DNA of 64,000 nt from a virus, in the IMG/VR virus record IMGVR_UViG_3300042261_001186, positions 32,001 to 96,000 of that record, one strand, 5' to 3'. The notes below the pieces were generated by a model. That model searched no databases. It was not told the DNA's origin and saw only the letters and a list, made by a program, of their open reading frames with translations. The translations under genes and the position numbers were made by a program. Position 1 is the first letter of the stretch. Each line of letters begins with the position of its first letter. Below are positions 18,662 through 28,931 of the stretch, in pieces.

Positions 18662-20866
18662 ATGAAGATAAAAAAATTCAAACTAGATTTATCTGAAGGC
18701 CGTAAGCCTAAAGGTTATAACAGAGTGGTCAATGAGGGCAATATGCCAGAAGATCAAGGTTTCGAAGGTGAGGAAAGACCACCACAAGATGAACAGGCTC
18801 CAGTTGATGCTGAAGAAAGACCTGCAACTCCAGTGTTGGATAATTTTGGTATAGATTTAACTAAAAGGGCTGAAGAAGATAAATTGGATCCAGTCATTGG
18901 TAGACACAAAGAAATCATTGAATTGTCTTGGATACTTTGTCGTAAGAACAAGAATAACCCTGTTTTGATTGGTGATGCTGGTGTTGGTAAAACAGCTATA
19001 GTTGAAGGGTTAGCACAATTGATAGTTAAAGGAAAATGTCCTAGTAAACTGAAAGGTAAAAAGATTATGACACTTGACATTGGTAGTTTACTTGCTGGTG
19101 CAAAATATAGAGGACAATTTGAAGAAAGAGTAAAAGCTATTGTTCAAGAACTCTCTGCAAATAAAGAATGGGCAAATAGGGTTTTAGGATCAAAACAAGG
19201 TGATATTATTTTATTCATTGATGAAGTCCATATGATAGTTGGTGCTGGTGGTGAAACAGATGCTGCAAATATGTTGAAACCTGCTTTGGCTAGAGGTGAA
19301 CTTCAATGTATTGGTTGTACAACATTAAATGAATATAGAGAATCTATTGAAAAAGATAATGCTCTTGAAAGAAGATTCCAAAAAGTTATGGTTGAACAAA
19401 CTTCATTGGATGATACTTTGGAAATTTTGAAAAGAATTAAAGAAAGATATGAAGATTATCATATTGTTACTTATACTGATGATGCTTTGAAAGCTTGTGT
19501 TTCACTTGCTGATAAACATCTTCAAGATAGATTTTTCCCAGATAAGGCAATTGACTTATTGGATGAAGCTGGTGCTAAAGCCCACTTGGAAGATGCAAAT
19601 GTTCCAGAAGAAATTACTTCTTTGGAAGAAGATCTTGAAAAAATGAGTGCTGAAAAAATGCTTCATTTACAAGCAGGTAGATATGATGAAGCACAGGCAG
19701 TAAGACAAAAAGAAGTTGCTGCTGATGCTAAGTTGAAAGAAATGAGAGGCAAATGGGAAGAAGAAAATAACTTGAAAAGAGTTGAAATCACTGCTGATAG
19801 TGTTGCTGAAATTTTCTCTATTAAAACAGGTATTCCAGTTGAGAAATTCAATGAAGATGAAGGTGCAAAACTCATGAAAATGGGTGAAAATTTAAAGATG
19901 GATATCATTGGACAAGATGAAGCCATAGCTAAAATTTCTAAATGTGTAAAGAGAAATAGAGCAGGATTGAAAGATCCAAAAAAACCAATGGGTGTATTCC
20001 TTTTCTTAGGTCCAACAGGTGTTGGTAAAACACAAACCGTAAAATCTTTGGCTAAACATTTGTTTGGTTCAGAAGATAATATGATTAGGGTTGATATGAG
20101 TGAATATGCTGAAAGTCACAACAGATCAAGAATGATTGGTGCTCCTCCAGGATATGTTGGTTATGGTGAAGGTGGACAATTAACTGAAAAAGTTAGAAGA
20201 AAACCATATAGTGTTGTTCTTTTGGATGAAATTGAAAAAGCACACCCTGAAGTTTTGACTTTATTCTTACAGGCATTTGATGATGGTATTATGACTGATG
20301 GTTCAGGTAGAAAAGTTAGTTTCAAAAACACTATTATGATTATGACTTCTAATATTGGAACTAATGTTGTAAAACAAGCTAGACCAATGGTTGGTTATGT
20401 AAATGCGCCAGCTGAACAGAAAGAAGTTGAAATGAAAGATCAAATGAAAAAAGAATTGAACAAAAGACTTCCTGCTGAATTCTTGAATAGAATTGATGAT
20501 GTTATTATATTCAATTCTTTAGGTAAAGAAAATCTTTTCAAAATCATTGATATTGAAATTGGTCAATTGGTTAAAAGAATAAAAGAATTAGGTTATACAT
20601 TAACCTTAACAGAAAAAGCAAAAGAATTTCTTCTTGAAAAAGGATTTGATGAAAAAATGGGTGCAAGACCTTTAAAAAGAGCTATTCAAACATATATTGA
20701 AGATCCTTTAGCAGATTTAATGTTAAGTAAGAAAATAACAGATAATATTAACATTGATTATGATGAAGCAGCTAAGAAACTTTTGATAAATGGTGAACCA
20801 GTTAATGAAAGTTTCAATATGTTAGACACCGTTAAAAAATTTGGAGAATATAAAAAACTTTTCTAA
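18662..20866 (+). CDS. ClpA/ClpC-type AAA+ ATPase lacking the Clp N-domain
   Basis: DPVIGR, GDAGVGKT, FIDEVH, ALERRFQ, PDKAIDLLDEA, short M-domain, GPTGVGKT, DEIEKAH, GARPL. Confidence 0.92.
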   Translation: MKIKKFKLDLSEGRKPKGYNRVVNEGNMPEDQGFEGEERPPQDEQAPVDAEERPATPVLDNFGIDLTKRAEEDKLDPVIGRHKEIIELSWILCRKNKNNPVLIGDAGVGKTAIVEGLAQLIVKGKCPSKLKGKKIMTLDIGSLLAGAKYRGQFEERVKAIVQELSANKEWANRVLGSKQGDIILFIDEVHMIVGAGGETDAANMLKPALARGELQCIGCTTLNEYRESIEKDNALERRFQKVMVEQTSLDDTLEILKRIKERYEDYHIVTYTDDALKACVSLADKHLQDRFFPDKAIDLLDEAGAKAHLEDANVPEEITSLEEDLEKMSAEKMLHLQAGRYDEAQAVRQKEVAADAKLKEMRGKWEEENNLKRVEITADSVAEIFSIKTGIPVEKFNEDEGAKLMKMGENLKMDIIGQDEAIAKISKCVKRNRAGLKDPKKPMGVFLFLGPTGVGKTQTVKSLAKHLFGSEDNMIRVDMSEYAESHNRSRMIGAPPGYVGYGEGGQLTEKVRRKPYSVVLLDEIEKAHPEVLTLFLQAFDDGIMTDGSGRKVSFKNTIMIMTSNIGTNVVKQARPMVGYVNAPAEQKEVEMKDQMKKELNKRLPAEFLNRIDDVIIFNSLGKENLFKIIDIEIGQLVKRIKELGYTLTLTEKAKEFLLEKGFDEKMGARPLKRAIQTYIEDPLADLMLSKKITDNINIDYDEAAKKLLINGEPVNESFNMLDTVKKFGEYKKLF

Positions 20867-20882
20867 ATTTTTAGATAAAAAT

Positions 20883-20912
20883 AAAAACCCAACAATTTTG
20901 TTGGGTTTTTTT
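20883..20912 (+). terminator. Intrinsic terminator
   Basis: AAAAACCCAACAA-TT-TTGTTGGGTTTTTTT. Confidence 0.8.
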
Positions 20913-20931
20913 ATTTTTGTATATTTGCATT

Positions 20932-21312
20932 ATGAAAAAAATATCCATTGATTTTGATGAAACACTTGATAATGAGTGTGTTCAAACTTTTGTGTCTAAA
21001 TTAGTCAATGATGGTCATGATGTACATATTGTAACTTCAAGACCAAGTGAAACTCATATGTGGTATGTTGAATTATGGAGTAATAATGATTTATATGAAG
21101 TTGCAGAGAAATTGAAAATAAAAGATGAAAATATTCATTTTACTAGTTATGTATCAAAGTTCATATTTTTTTCTGAATTGGAAAACCAAGATTTTGATTT
21201 TCATTTAGATAATGATGAATTAGAAATAAAAGATATAAATAAATACACCAAAGTCAAAGGTATTTTATTTGATGAAAATTGGGAAACTAACATAGAAAAA
21301 CTCTTATTATAA
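20932..21312 (+). CDS. HAD-superfamily hydrolase
   Basis: ISIDFDETL, VTSR, HLDND; ATG at 20932 lies downstream of a TAnnTTTG element. Confidence 0.72.
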   Translation: MKKISIDFDETLDNECVQTFVSKLVNDGHDVHIVTSRPSETHMWYVELWSNNDLYEVAEKLKIKDENIHFTSYVSKFIFFSELENQDFDFHLDNDELEIKDINKYTKVKGILFDENWETNIEKLLL

Positions 21313-21752
21313 TGCAAACATTTTTACCATATGAATCTTTTACTGAAACTGCTAGAGTATTAGATTATAGGAGATTGAATAGTCAACGTAGAGAAGCACA
21401 TGGTATTATAAAAATATTATCAGGTGAATCTAAAGGTAAAGGTTGGATTAACCATCCAGCAGTTAAAATGTGGGAAGGTTATGATGAAATGTTGAAACTA
21501 TATTTTAATGTCATAGTTAAGGAATGGGTAGATAGAGGATATGTCAACAATTATGAATATTTTGATATTGATGAAACCAAATTAGTCTCTCCTTGGTGGC
21601 TTGGGGATAAGGATTTTCATAGGGCTATGAGAAGTAGATTAATAGAGAAAAATGAAGATTTTTATTTACCTAAATTTCCAAAAGATAAAGGTTTCAATGA
21701 TGGTAAATATTTTTGGCCAGTAAATCTAACTAAAACTTATAGGATTATATAA
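21312..21752 (+). CDS. Pyrimidine-dimer glycosylase / endonuclease V-like (MSMEG_6728 family) protein
   Basis: MQTFLPY, LD.RRL..QR.E, GW.NHPAV.MW.GY, PWWLG. Confidence 0.8.
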   Translation: MQTFLPYESFTETARVLDYRRLNSQRREAHGIIKILSGESKGKGWINHPAVKMWEGYDEMLKLYFNVIVKEWVDRGYVNNYEYFDIDETKLVSPWWLGDKDFHRAMRSRLIEKNEDFYLPKFPKDKGFNDGKYFWPVNLTKTYRII

Positions 21753-21756
21753 AAAG

Positions 21757-21788
21757 AAAAAAATCCGGACACATTGCCGGATTTTTTT
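21757..21788. terminator. Bidirectional terminator downstream of the capsid gene
   Basis: AAAAAAATCCGG..CCGGATTTTTTT. Confidence 0.75.
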
Positions 21789-21831
21789 CATTATTACTAA
21801 GATAAGTATTCTGTTATCTGTAGTTGTTAGG

Positions 21832-23631
21832 TTAGATTAATACACCATGAGAATCTGTAACCTCAATAGCCATGAATTGTTTTTCTGGGAAGAAACCAAT
21901 ATCAGCTACTGCATATCTTGAACGGATAAGCATTCTTGGTGCCCATGTTGCTTCAGAAATCAATGAAATTGATTGTGCCATCAAATAAGGGATAAATAGA
22001 AGACCTGGTTGGTCAACACTATTTTTCCTACCTAAATAGATGTAGTTATCATCCCATCTCATATAAGGATCAACATAGATTGAAATTGCGCCTACATTAC
22101 CCATTGGGTAAAGTTGACCATTGGTACTCAATTTACCAGCATTAACTGGGTTGATTGTGTAACCAGCGATATCTTGAATAACAGATGCTAAGTTACCATT
22201 TGTTACCATGTATTGTGCTGGTCCAATTCTACCATCAGTTGCGATAAAGTTAGAAGCGTTATTGATTTTGGCAATAAGTTTTCTCTGGATTGAGTGAGTT
22301 GTTTCACCCATTGCTCCACCGTTTGCTGTTGTTGACAAAGCATCGATGTAGGTATCAACATTAAGGTCAAATTTTGAAATCAAACCTGTTGCGTCTTTAG
22401 GAGCCGTGTAAGAAACTCTGTTCTTCATAGCCAAAGTTCTGATTTTACCAACAATTTCCTTAGAAATTACTTGGGTCAATTCATTAATTAAAACACCTTC
22501 AAGTTTCTGAACAATGTCCATACCTGTTGCTGCTTTAATATCTTCAATTTGGGTTCTCTTCAATGTTGAAGAAATTTCAACATCACCAACTTGAATTGCC
22601 TTTGTGAAGACATCTGGACCAATTACACCAGGATAAGTTTTTTCATCTTGGTATCTTGTCATTCCACCACCTGGAGCTGTTGTATTTCCCCAACCATCTT
22701 CCATATTAGAAACCCAACCTGCTGAGAATCCAGGAATATGATCTTCAAGTAATGAAATCAATTCAACACCCCAGTTACCTGATGTAGTACCTGTTGTTGC
22801 ACCAGTCAAACATGTAAAACCACTAGCTGATAAATAAGCTGTGATAGAACCTGATTGTGGGAATGTGTTTAACATTTGATCCCAAGCTGAACCATCTTGT
22901 GGTGTCATTGAACCAACAGTGAAACCAGCTTGACGATAACATCTAAACATTGGGTAACCATCAACTCTTGAGAAACCTAAGAATTCTAACCAGTTTGCAT
23001 AACCTGCACCTGTTGTTGAAGATGGACCTGCACCTGAGAATAATGTGGTTGAAATACCACCTGCACCTAAGTGAACCCATGCTCTTTTTGATAAACCACC
23101 AACTCTTTCTTGAATATCCAAGATTACGAGTTCTGCTTGAATAGCTGCTTTTAAATTAGCATCTTCAGTTGTTGAACCAGTTGATTTTACTTTAAAAACC
23201 AATGGTCTTTGTTTAGGATCAGCATCACCGTGGAAATCACCACCACCTTGGTTGTAAGCATTGTCATATTTAAAATCTACAAACAATAATTCAATTCTTG
23301 GAGAAGCGGTTGGCTTTACAGCAACCAAATCCAAACCAATTGTTTGAGCTGCAATCTTCATTGCAACTGGGAGTAAATTCTGTGCAACGTCACCACTACC
23401 CATTGTGCCACCCCCTTGCCAAGTTGAACCTGGAATTGTGGAGATAACTGGAGCTTGTACATAACCAGCACCATTGCCATTCAATGTTGCATAACCAACA
23501 TTTTCATTCATTTGATGCATTTCTGCATACTCGGACATCCATGCTCTTTTTTCATCATCTTGAACTCTGAGAGCGTCAAGAATTGGAGCCCATTTTTTTA
23601 CTGCTTTCGCACTATCTACTATAAAATTCAT
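21832..23631 (-). CDS. Major capsid protein (T4 gp23 family)
   Basis: KKWAPIL N-terminus, IGLDLVAVKP, IYVDPY, FIPY, PRMLIRSRYA; directly downstream of the protease gene. Confidence 0.88.
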   Translation of the reverse strand: MNFIVDSAKAVKKWAPILDALRVQDDEKRAWMSEYAEMHQMNENVGYATLNGNGAGYVQAPVISTIPGSTWQGGGTMGSGDVAQNLLPVAMKIAAQTIGLDLVAVKPTASPRIELLFVDFKYDNAYNQGGGDFHGDADPKQRPLVFKVKSTGSTTEDANLKAAIQAELVILDIQERVGGLSKRAWVHLGAGGISTTLFSGAGPSSTTGAGYANWLEFLGFSRVDGYPMFRCYRQAGFTVGSMTPQDGSAWDQMLNTFPQSGSITAYLSASGFTCLTGATTGTTSGNWGVELISLLEDHIPGFSAGWVSNMEDGWGNTTAPGGGMTRYQDEKTYPGVIGPDVFTKAIQVGDVEISSTLKRTQIEDIKAATGMDIVQKLEGVLINELTQVISKEIVGKIRTLAMKNRVSYTAPKDATGLISKFDLNVDTYIDALSTTANGGAMGETTHSIQRKLIAKINNASNFIATDGRIGPAQYMVTNGNLASVIQDIAGYTINPVNAGKLSTNGQLYPMGNVGAISIYVDPYMRWDDNYIYLGRKNSVDQPGLLFIPYLMAQSISLISEATWAPRMLIRSRYAVADIGFFPEKQFMAIEVTDSHGVLI

Positions 23632-23709
23632 TTTTTTAAGTTTTTTTTTTATTATATATTTGTTTTAAAAAGTCATTTTTTTCCAAAATGATTTTAATTC
23701 AAATTATAA

Positions 23710-26181
23710 TTATCTTTGATTTAATCTTTTCAAATATGCATCTACTTGAGAATCACTGAGTTTTGTGTTATCAAATCCGCTATAGCTTTCTTTTAGCAGA
23801 GTAACCTTACCCATATTTTTCTTAGCATATTCATGGAGGTTTCTGGAATTCCAGAAGCTTTCCATTTTGTCCTCAGTCAGGTTAGTATAAAATTGTGCAC
23901 TGCTTATAACACTACCTTGAACTTCTGGTTTTAAACTTTCCCAAATCGGTCTGAGATCGCTGGGGATATTGTCAATTAAGATTTCATTAAAGCTTCTGTT
24001 TTGAACAGTCAACGCTCTAGACATAATTTTCAAAACTTCATTTTCTGATGTGTAATACTTGCTTTCGTTCATTGCAGCTACTACTTTTTCTTTATCTTGT
24101 GGAGAAAGACTATAGAATGCAGTCTTTTTCTTTTCTGACAAGAAACTTAAAAAATGTGGGTCTTTATCATCTGAGGCTTCTCTTTTTTTAGTCTCATTGA
24201 TTTGCTTCAATATCATCCTCTTTAATGCGTTTTTAGATTCAAAAATCCTGTTACCAATTGGTGACAATCTTGATTCTTGAATTTCTTGTACTTCACCAGT
24301 ATCTGACAATTTTACAACTGCAATACCATTATCAGTATTCATAGCTAAAATTTCACCAGTCTTGTCATCATCAATTTTAACAACTTGACCTGGAGTCAAT
24401 TCTACACCATCAATATCATCTTCAATTTCTTCAGCGTTTACGCCATCAACATCAAAATCATCTAAATCATCTTGACCTTGTGCCTGACCTTGTCCTTGAA
24501 CTTGACCCTGACCTCGGATTGGTTGAGCTTGACCTTGACCTTGAATTTGTCCTTGTCCTTGGACTTGACCCTGACCTTGTGGTTGAATCAATCCTTGACC
24601 TTGAACTTGACCTTGGCCTTGTCCCATTTGTGCTTGTCCTTGTGAATCTTCATCATAATATTTAGATACATTATTTGTTTTGAAATCTCCCATTCTTTGT
24701 TCAGGTGATTCAATTGTTTCTCTGAGCATACCTAAACCTTTTGAGTTTAATTTTTCAGAAATGTATCTACCATATTCTATGTTTTTATCCAATGCTTCTG
24801 CGATGTAATTTTCATAAGCAATTGAATCTGTTAAATTTTCTGCGATATATTCAGCATATTTAATGCTATTATCTAATTGTTCACCAATGTATTCTGAATA
24901 TTTAATACTATTGTCAACATGTTCAGCAACATATTCTGAGTATTTGATATTATTATCAACATGTTCAGCAACATATTCTGCATAAGCAATGTTCTTTTCT
25001 ACATTTTCAGCAATGTATTCTGAATAAGCAATATTCTTATCAAGATTTTCAGCTACATATTGTGAATAATCAATTGATTTGTCTACATTTTCAGCAATGT
25101 ATTCTGAATATTTGATAGTATGATCAACGTTTTCAGCAATATATTCTGAAAAATCTATGGATTTATCCAATGTTTCAGCAATGTAATTTTGATAATCAAT
25201 TGATTTATCAACTGATTCAGCTACATATTCTGAATAACCAATGGCTTTTTCCAAGCTTTCAGCCAAATAATCATTGTATTGAATAAGTTTGTCTGTTTTG
25301 CTTTGAAGTTTTTCTTCTAATTTTTCGTTGGTTTTTTTGATTGTTTTGTTTTCTTGAACTAATACCTGCATTGTTTCTGCAAGATAATCAAGATAAGAGG
25401 TTATTTTCTTAAAGCCCTCATTGAAGGATTCGTACTTCTCGTATAAATTATTAAGTTTTTTAGGATCAAAATTACCACTCTTTACGGTTTGACTAATTTC
25501 TCTTTTTGTTTTGGTAATTTCTTCTGTTAAATAATTTGAGTACCTTTCCATTTGTTCTTTTGTTATAAATTCATTTTTATCCATATTAAACAAATCGTTT
25601 ATTTTTGACTCATCGGATATTTCGAATATCCTAAAGTTAGCACTCTCATTGAATCCCAAAGATTCATTTAAAGTGCGAATTTCCATCTTTGCTGAGCTAA
25701 ATCCAGGATCAGCAACAGCATCATAAGTAAATAATTTTTTAATGGTAACATGACCATTAGATTCAGTTACACCAGCAGCTCTAGATGATACAAAAATTGG
25801 AAATCCATCATCGACCAAAGCTTGAGCTTCTTTACCCCAATGAGTATTTAACAATCTTATTTCTCCATCAACCCTATTCTTTTCCTTAACAAAAAAAGCC
25901 TTCTCAACAACGTGTGACACTCTTGAGAGGCTTGTATCGAAAACATCTGGGTGATCGAATTCACCATAAACAACTCCTAATGTTTTTTTTCTTTCTAGTA
26001 ACTCATCCAAATGAGGCAAAAAACCAGCTGAATCATAAATTCGCTCATTGCGATTCTTAACACCAAATTCTGTAAATACACCGCCCAAGAGTATATTCTT
26101 CTTTCCATTATTGGCATTAACAGATTCATTTAATTTTTGTAACCCACTGGTAGAATTTTCAATGATTAAAACATTCTTCAT
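23710..26181 (-). CDS. Prohead protease (gp21 family) fused to a scaffold/core-like region
   Basis: KNRNERIY, GEFDHP, VSH, VSSRAAG, YDAVADPGFSSA; then coiled coil, 14-aa repeats and QG repeats. Confidence 0.9.
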   Translation of the reverse strand: MKNVLIIENSTSGLQKLNESVNANNGKKNILLGGVFTEFGVKNRNERIYDSAGFLPHLDELLERKKTLGVVYGEFDHPDVFDTSLSRVSHVVEKAFFVKEKNRVDGEIRLLNTHWGKEAQALVDDGFPIFVSSRAAGVTESNGHVTIKKLFTYDAVADPGFSSAKMEIRTLNESLGFNESANFRIFEISDESKINDLFNMDKNEFITKEQMERYSNYLTEEITKTKREISQTVKSGNFDPKKLNNLYEKYESFNEGFKKITSYLDYLAETMQVLVQENKTIKKTNEKLEEKLQSKTDKLIQYNDYLAESLEKAIGYSEYVAESVDKSIDYQNYIAETLDKSIDFSEYIAENVDHTIKYSEYIAENVDKSIDYSQYVAENLDKNIAYSEYIAENVEKNIAYAEYVAEHVDNNIKYSEYVAEHVDNSIKYSEYIGEQLDNSIKYAEYIAENLTDSIAYENYIAEALDKNIEYGRYISEKLNSKGLGMLRETIESPEQRMGDFKTNNVSKYYDEDSQGQAQMGQGQGQVQGQGLIQPQGQGQVQGQGQIQGQGQAQPIRGQGQVQGQGQAQGQDDLDDFDVDGVNAEEIEDDIDGVELTPGQVVKIDDDKTGEILAMNTDNGIAVVKLSDTGEVQEIQESRLSPIGNRIFESKNALKRMILKQINETKKREASDDKDPHFLSFLSEKKKTAFYSLSPQDKEKVVAAMNESKYYTSENEVLKIMSRALTVQNRSFNEILIDNIPSDLRPIWESLKPEVQGSVISSAQFYTNLTEDKMESFWNSRNLHEYAKKNMGKVTLLKESYSGFDNTKLSDSQVDAYLKRLNQR
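24472..24645 (-). repeat. Gln-Gly low-complexity repeat in the protease/scaffold
   Basis: (QG)n with V/I/A interruptions. Confidence 0.85.
24742..25287 (-). repeat. About 13 tandem 14-aa (42-bp) repeats, consensus SIKYSEYIAENxDK
   Basis: Read directly from the translation. Confidence 0.9.
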
Positions 26182-26246
26182 GTGTTATCTATTTTTTTAT
26201 TTATATATTGTAATAAAAAAGTCAATTTTTTCCATTTTGATAAAAT

Positions 26247-26276
26247 AAAAAAACCCAGGTAAATTACCTGGGTTTT
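26247..26276. terminator. Terminator after the portal gene
   Basis: AAAACCCAGGTAA-A-TTACCTGGGTTTT inverted repeat. Confidence 0.75.
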
Positions 26277-26281
26277 GTATT

Positions 26282-28099
26282 TTAAAATGTTGGGGCTTGA
26301 CCACCTCCTTGACCACCTTGTGGTGGTGCAGCACCTTGACCTCCTTGAGCTGGGGCTTGAGCACCTCCTTGAGCACCGCCCATTTGAGCACCACCACCCA
26401 TTTGAGCACCACCACCCATTTGAGCACCACCACCAAATTCTCCACCACCCATCTGAGCACCGCCACCGCCGAAGTCACCTCCACCGAAACCACCACCGCC
26501 GAAGTCACCTCCACCACCTGGCATTCCACCCATTTCACCACCTTCTGGACCAGCAGCATTACCTGCCCTCTTACGTTCAAGCATTTTATATTTGTTATTC
26601 TCTTCAATATCAGCATCACTGAATTTCATAATATGTCTGATAATCCATTCATTACTTAAATATGGTTTACCTTCAGGATCTTGAATTGAAGAACTTAATG
26701 TCTGTGCAATTTGAGCTCTCTCACTCAAATTCTTTAAATGTCTCCATTCTTCAAATAAAGTATCAGAAATAAAATCTAATCTTATTGCATCATTAAAATC
26801 AACATCATCTTTCAATTCTGGAAAATCTAAAATCATTTGAATTTTCAAAGGTTTCAAAATAATTTCTTTGAAAATAGTTCTTATTCTATTAATATAATTT
26901 TTAAATTTTACTTCATCTCTAGTAACAGCAGCATTTGAATCATAAGCATAAGTACCACCACCATTATCTTCATCAAATCTTTGGAATGGTAATTTACTAG
27001 CTCTTTTTAAAATTTTATAAAACCATTGAAGAACAATATCTTCATTCAAATTCACTTGGTTAGGTTGTAATATTTCAATTGATGGTGTACCACCATTACC
27101 TTCTGGGAACCAGAAATCTTTACTAAATGGAATATTTGTACTACCATTAATAGAAACGGTACCCATCCTATCATCCCATTGAACATCATCATGATATTCA
27201 CTCATCAATTCATAAATTTGTTGTTCAGCTTGTTGTCTAGATAAACCACCTACTGGTATAACAAATTTCTTGTAAATGGAAGCTTGATTAATATTATAAA
27301 GTAATCTAGCTTGTTCAATCATTTTTAATTGATTGTAAGGTCTGATCAAATTTTCAACATAAGATGTTTCTCCATATTCATTATTATTAGAATATGAAAT
27401 ATAAATAATCTGTGAATCTAATAATATTTTTCTCATCTGAGGATTATCTGGATGTTGAATCCAAATCATAGTATTAGTATTAGGATCAGTTGCAACAATT
27501 AAAGTAATTGGATCAAGAGGGGCTAAATCAATAATATTTTTTTGTTTGTCATCATAAATTATTTCATATGCAATATATCCATCAATTAAAAGATTTTTTA
27601 AATATTGCCATGCAATTTGACCTTCATTAAAATTAAATGTGTTTATGAGTTTTGTAAAATTTTCTTGATATTTTTGTCTTATTGTTTGTTCATAATTATC
27701 TGGTATATCTTTTACATAACAAAATCTATTATTGTCATCATATATAATACATTCATCTGCAATTTGTGTGATAAAATCTTTTATTTCATCTTTAATGGAA
27801 TATTGTCTTAATATTTTTCTTTTATCAAGATATGTTCTATCTAAATAAGCGATTGATTTTTTATCTAAAAATCTAGCAATAGTTTTTTTAGTAAATAAGT
27901 CATACATATTTGAACTATTAGGTTGATAAAGAACATCTGTTGTTTCTTCATGTACACCCATAGCATAAGCATTTCTAATTCTCATATCATTGTATTCCAA
28001 CCCACCAAACATTGTGGATAAACTTCGTAATATTTTGTTGAACAAACCAAAATTTGTGTTGTTAGTTTGGTTTCCTCCATATCTATTATATGATGCCAT
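26282..28099 (-). CDS. Portal protein (T4 gp20 family) with Gly-rich C-terminal tail
   Basis: IDG, LDP, NQLKMIE, DFWFP, IEIL, SKLP..RF, VTRDEVKF. Confidence 0.92.
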   Translation of the reverse strand: MASYNRYGGNQTNNTNFGLFNKILRSLSTMFGGLEYNDMRIRNAYAMGVHEETTDVLYQPNSSNMYDLFTKKTIARFLDKKSIAYLDRTYLDKRKILRQYSIKDEIKDFITQIADECIIYDDNNRFCYVKDIPDNYEQTIRQKYQENFTKLINTFNFNEGQIAWQYLKNLLIDGYIAYEIIYDDKQKNIIDLAPLDPITLIVATDPNTNTMIWIQHPDNPQMRKILLDSQIIYISYSNNNEYGETSYVENLIRPYNQLKMIEQARLLYNINQASIYKKFVIPVGGLSRQQAEQQIYELMSEYHDDVQWDDRMGTVSINGSTNIPFSKDFWFPEGNGGTPSIEILQPNQVNLNEDIVLQWFYKILKRASKLPFQRFDEDNGGGTYAYDSNAAVTRDEVKFKNYINRIRTIFKEIILKPLKIQMILDFPELKDDVDFNDAIRLDFISDTLFEEWRHLKNLSERAQIAQTLSSSIQDPEGKPYLSNEWIIRHIMKFSDADIEENNKYKMLERKRAGNAAGPEGGEMGGMPGGGGDFGGGGFGGGDFGGGGAQMGGGEFGGGAQMGGGAQMGGGAQMGGAQGGAQAPAQGGQGAAPPQGGQGGGQAPTF

Positions 28100-28142
28100 T
28101 TTATTTATTTATTTTTTATTCTATAAATCTATATATTAATAA

Positions 28143-28928
28143 TTATTGTGCATTTTCATATAGCTTATATTGGTTCTCTATTAACTTCAATTTTTGGTAA
28201 TATTCCTTAACATCATTGTCATAATCCTCAACGGTTTTTTCATAAAGTTCTAATATCTGAGCAAGTTTCAATTTTTCTTTTTCTATATCTGTTTCTTTCA
28301 TAGCTTGAATCATAATATTCTTATTAACTATTTTTGTATTAATAAAAATAAATCTCGGAAGTATATTTGTAGAAACTACATATACTTCAGGACTGCCTTT
28401 TTCTAACCCAACTATTTTAGTATAATCAAATGCTGTTATTGCATAATTAAAATCATTGGCTTTAAGAGATTTGTAAACAGATTCAAAATTTACTTTCAAA
28501 GGTGGTTCATTATTGACATTACCACCACTATCATTGTTTTTAACATTTTTCAATATTATGGATTTGAACATACCTAACAATTTATCAAAATAAACTATCT
28601 TGTATTTATATGGCAAATAATCTAAATTAACAGCATATATTATCCTTTTTTGTAATTCTGCATTATATCTATCATCAATAACAAAAATAGGACACCATAA
28701 TTTATTACCATTATAATTGTATCTTATTAAATAAAATTTACCTGTTTTTATATTTCCATTAAAAGATTTAGTAAATTCTAGATTACCATTTTTTGTTAAA
28801 TCAAATATGATTCTTGTGGATTCTTCAACTAATCTTTTGATGTTACCACCAGTCATAGAAGCATTGTATTCACCCATTAATTTAGTACAATATGACCCAA
28901 ATGATTCTAATCCTTTATATGATTCCAT
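28143..28928 (-). CDS. DNA end protector protein (T4 gp2-like)
   Basis: GKFYLIRY..PIF..AVNLDYLP resembles gp2 G.MY.F.Y..P.I..GLNLHYLP; position next to gp4. Confidence 0.65.
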   Translation of the reverse strand: MESYKGLESFGSYCTKLMGEYNASMTGGNIKRLVEESTRIIFDLTKNGNLEFTKSFNGNIKTGKFYLIRYNYNGNKLWCPIFVIDDRYNAELQKRIIYAVNLDYLPYKYKIVYFDKLLGMFKSIILKNVKNNDSGGNVNNEPPLKVNFESVYKSLKANDFNYAITAFDYTKIVGLEKGSPEVYVVSTNILPRFIFINTKIVNKNIMIQAMKETDIEKEKLKLAQILELYEKTVEDYDNDVKEYYQKLKLIENQYKLYENAQ

Positions 28929-28931
28929 ATT

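Noticed and set aside
26197-26659. His-rich, Thr-rich and Val-rich ORFs over the portal 3' end
   Set aside because: Shadow frames of the Gly-rich repeat; the same applies to the many hydrophobic antisense ORFs in the track
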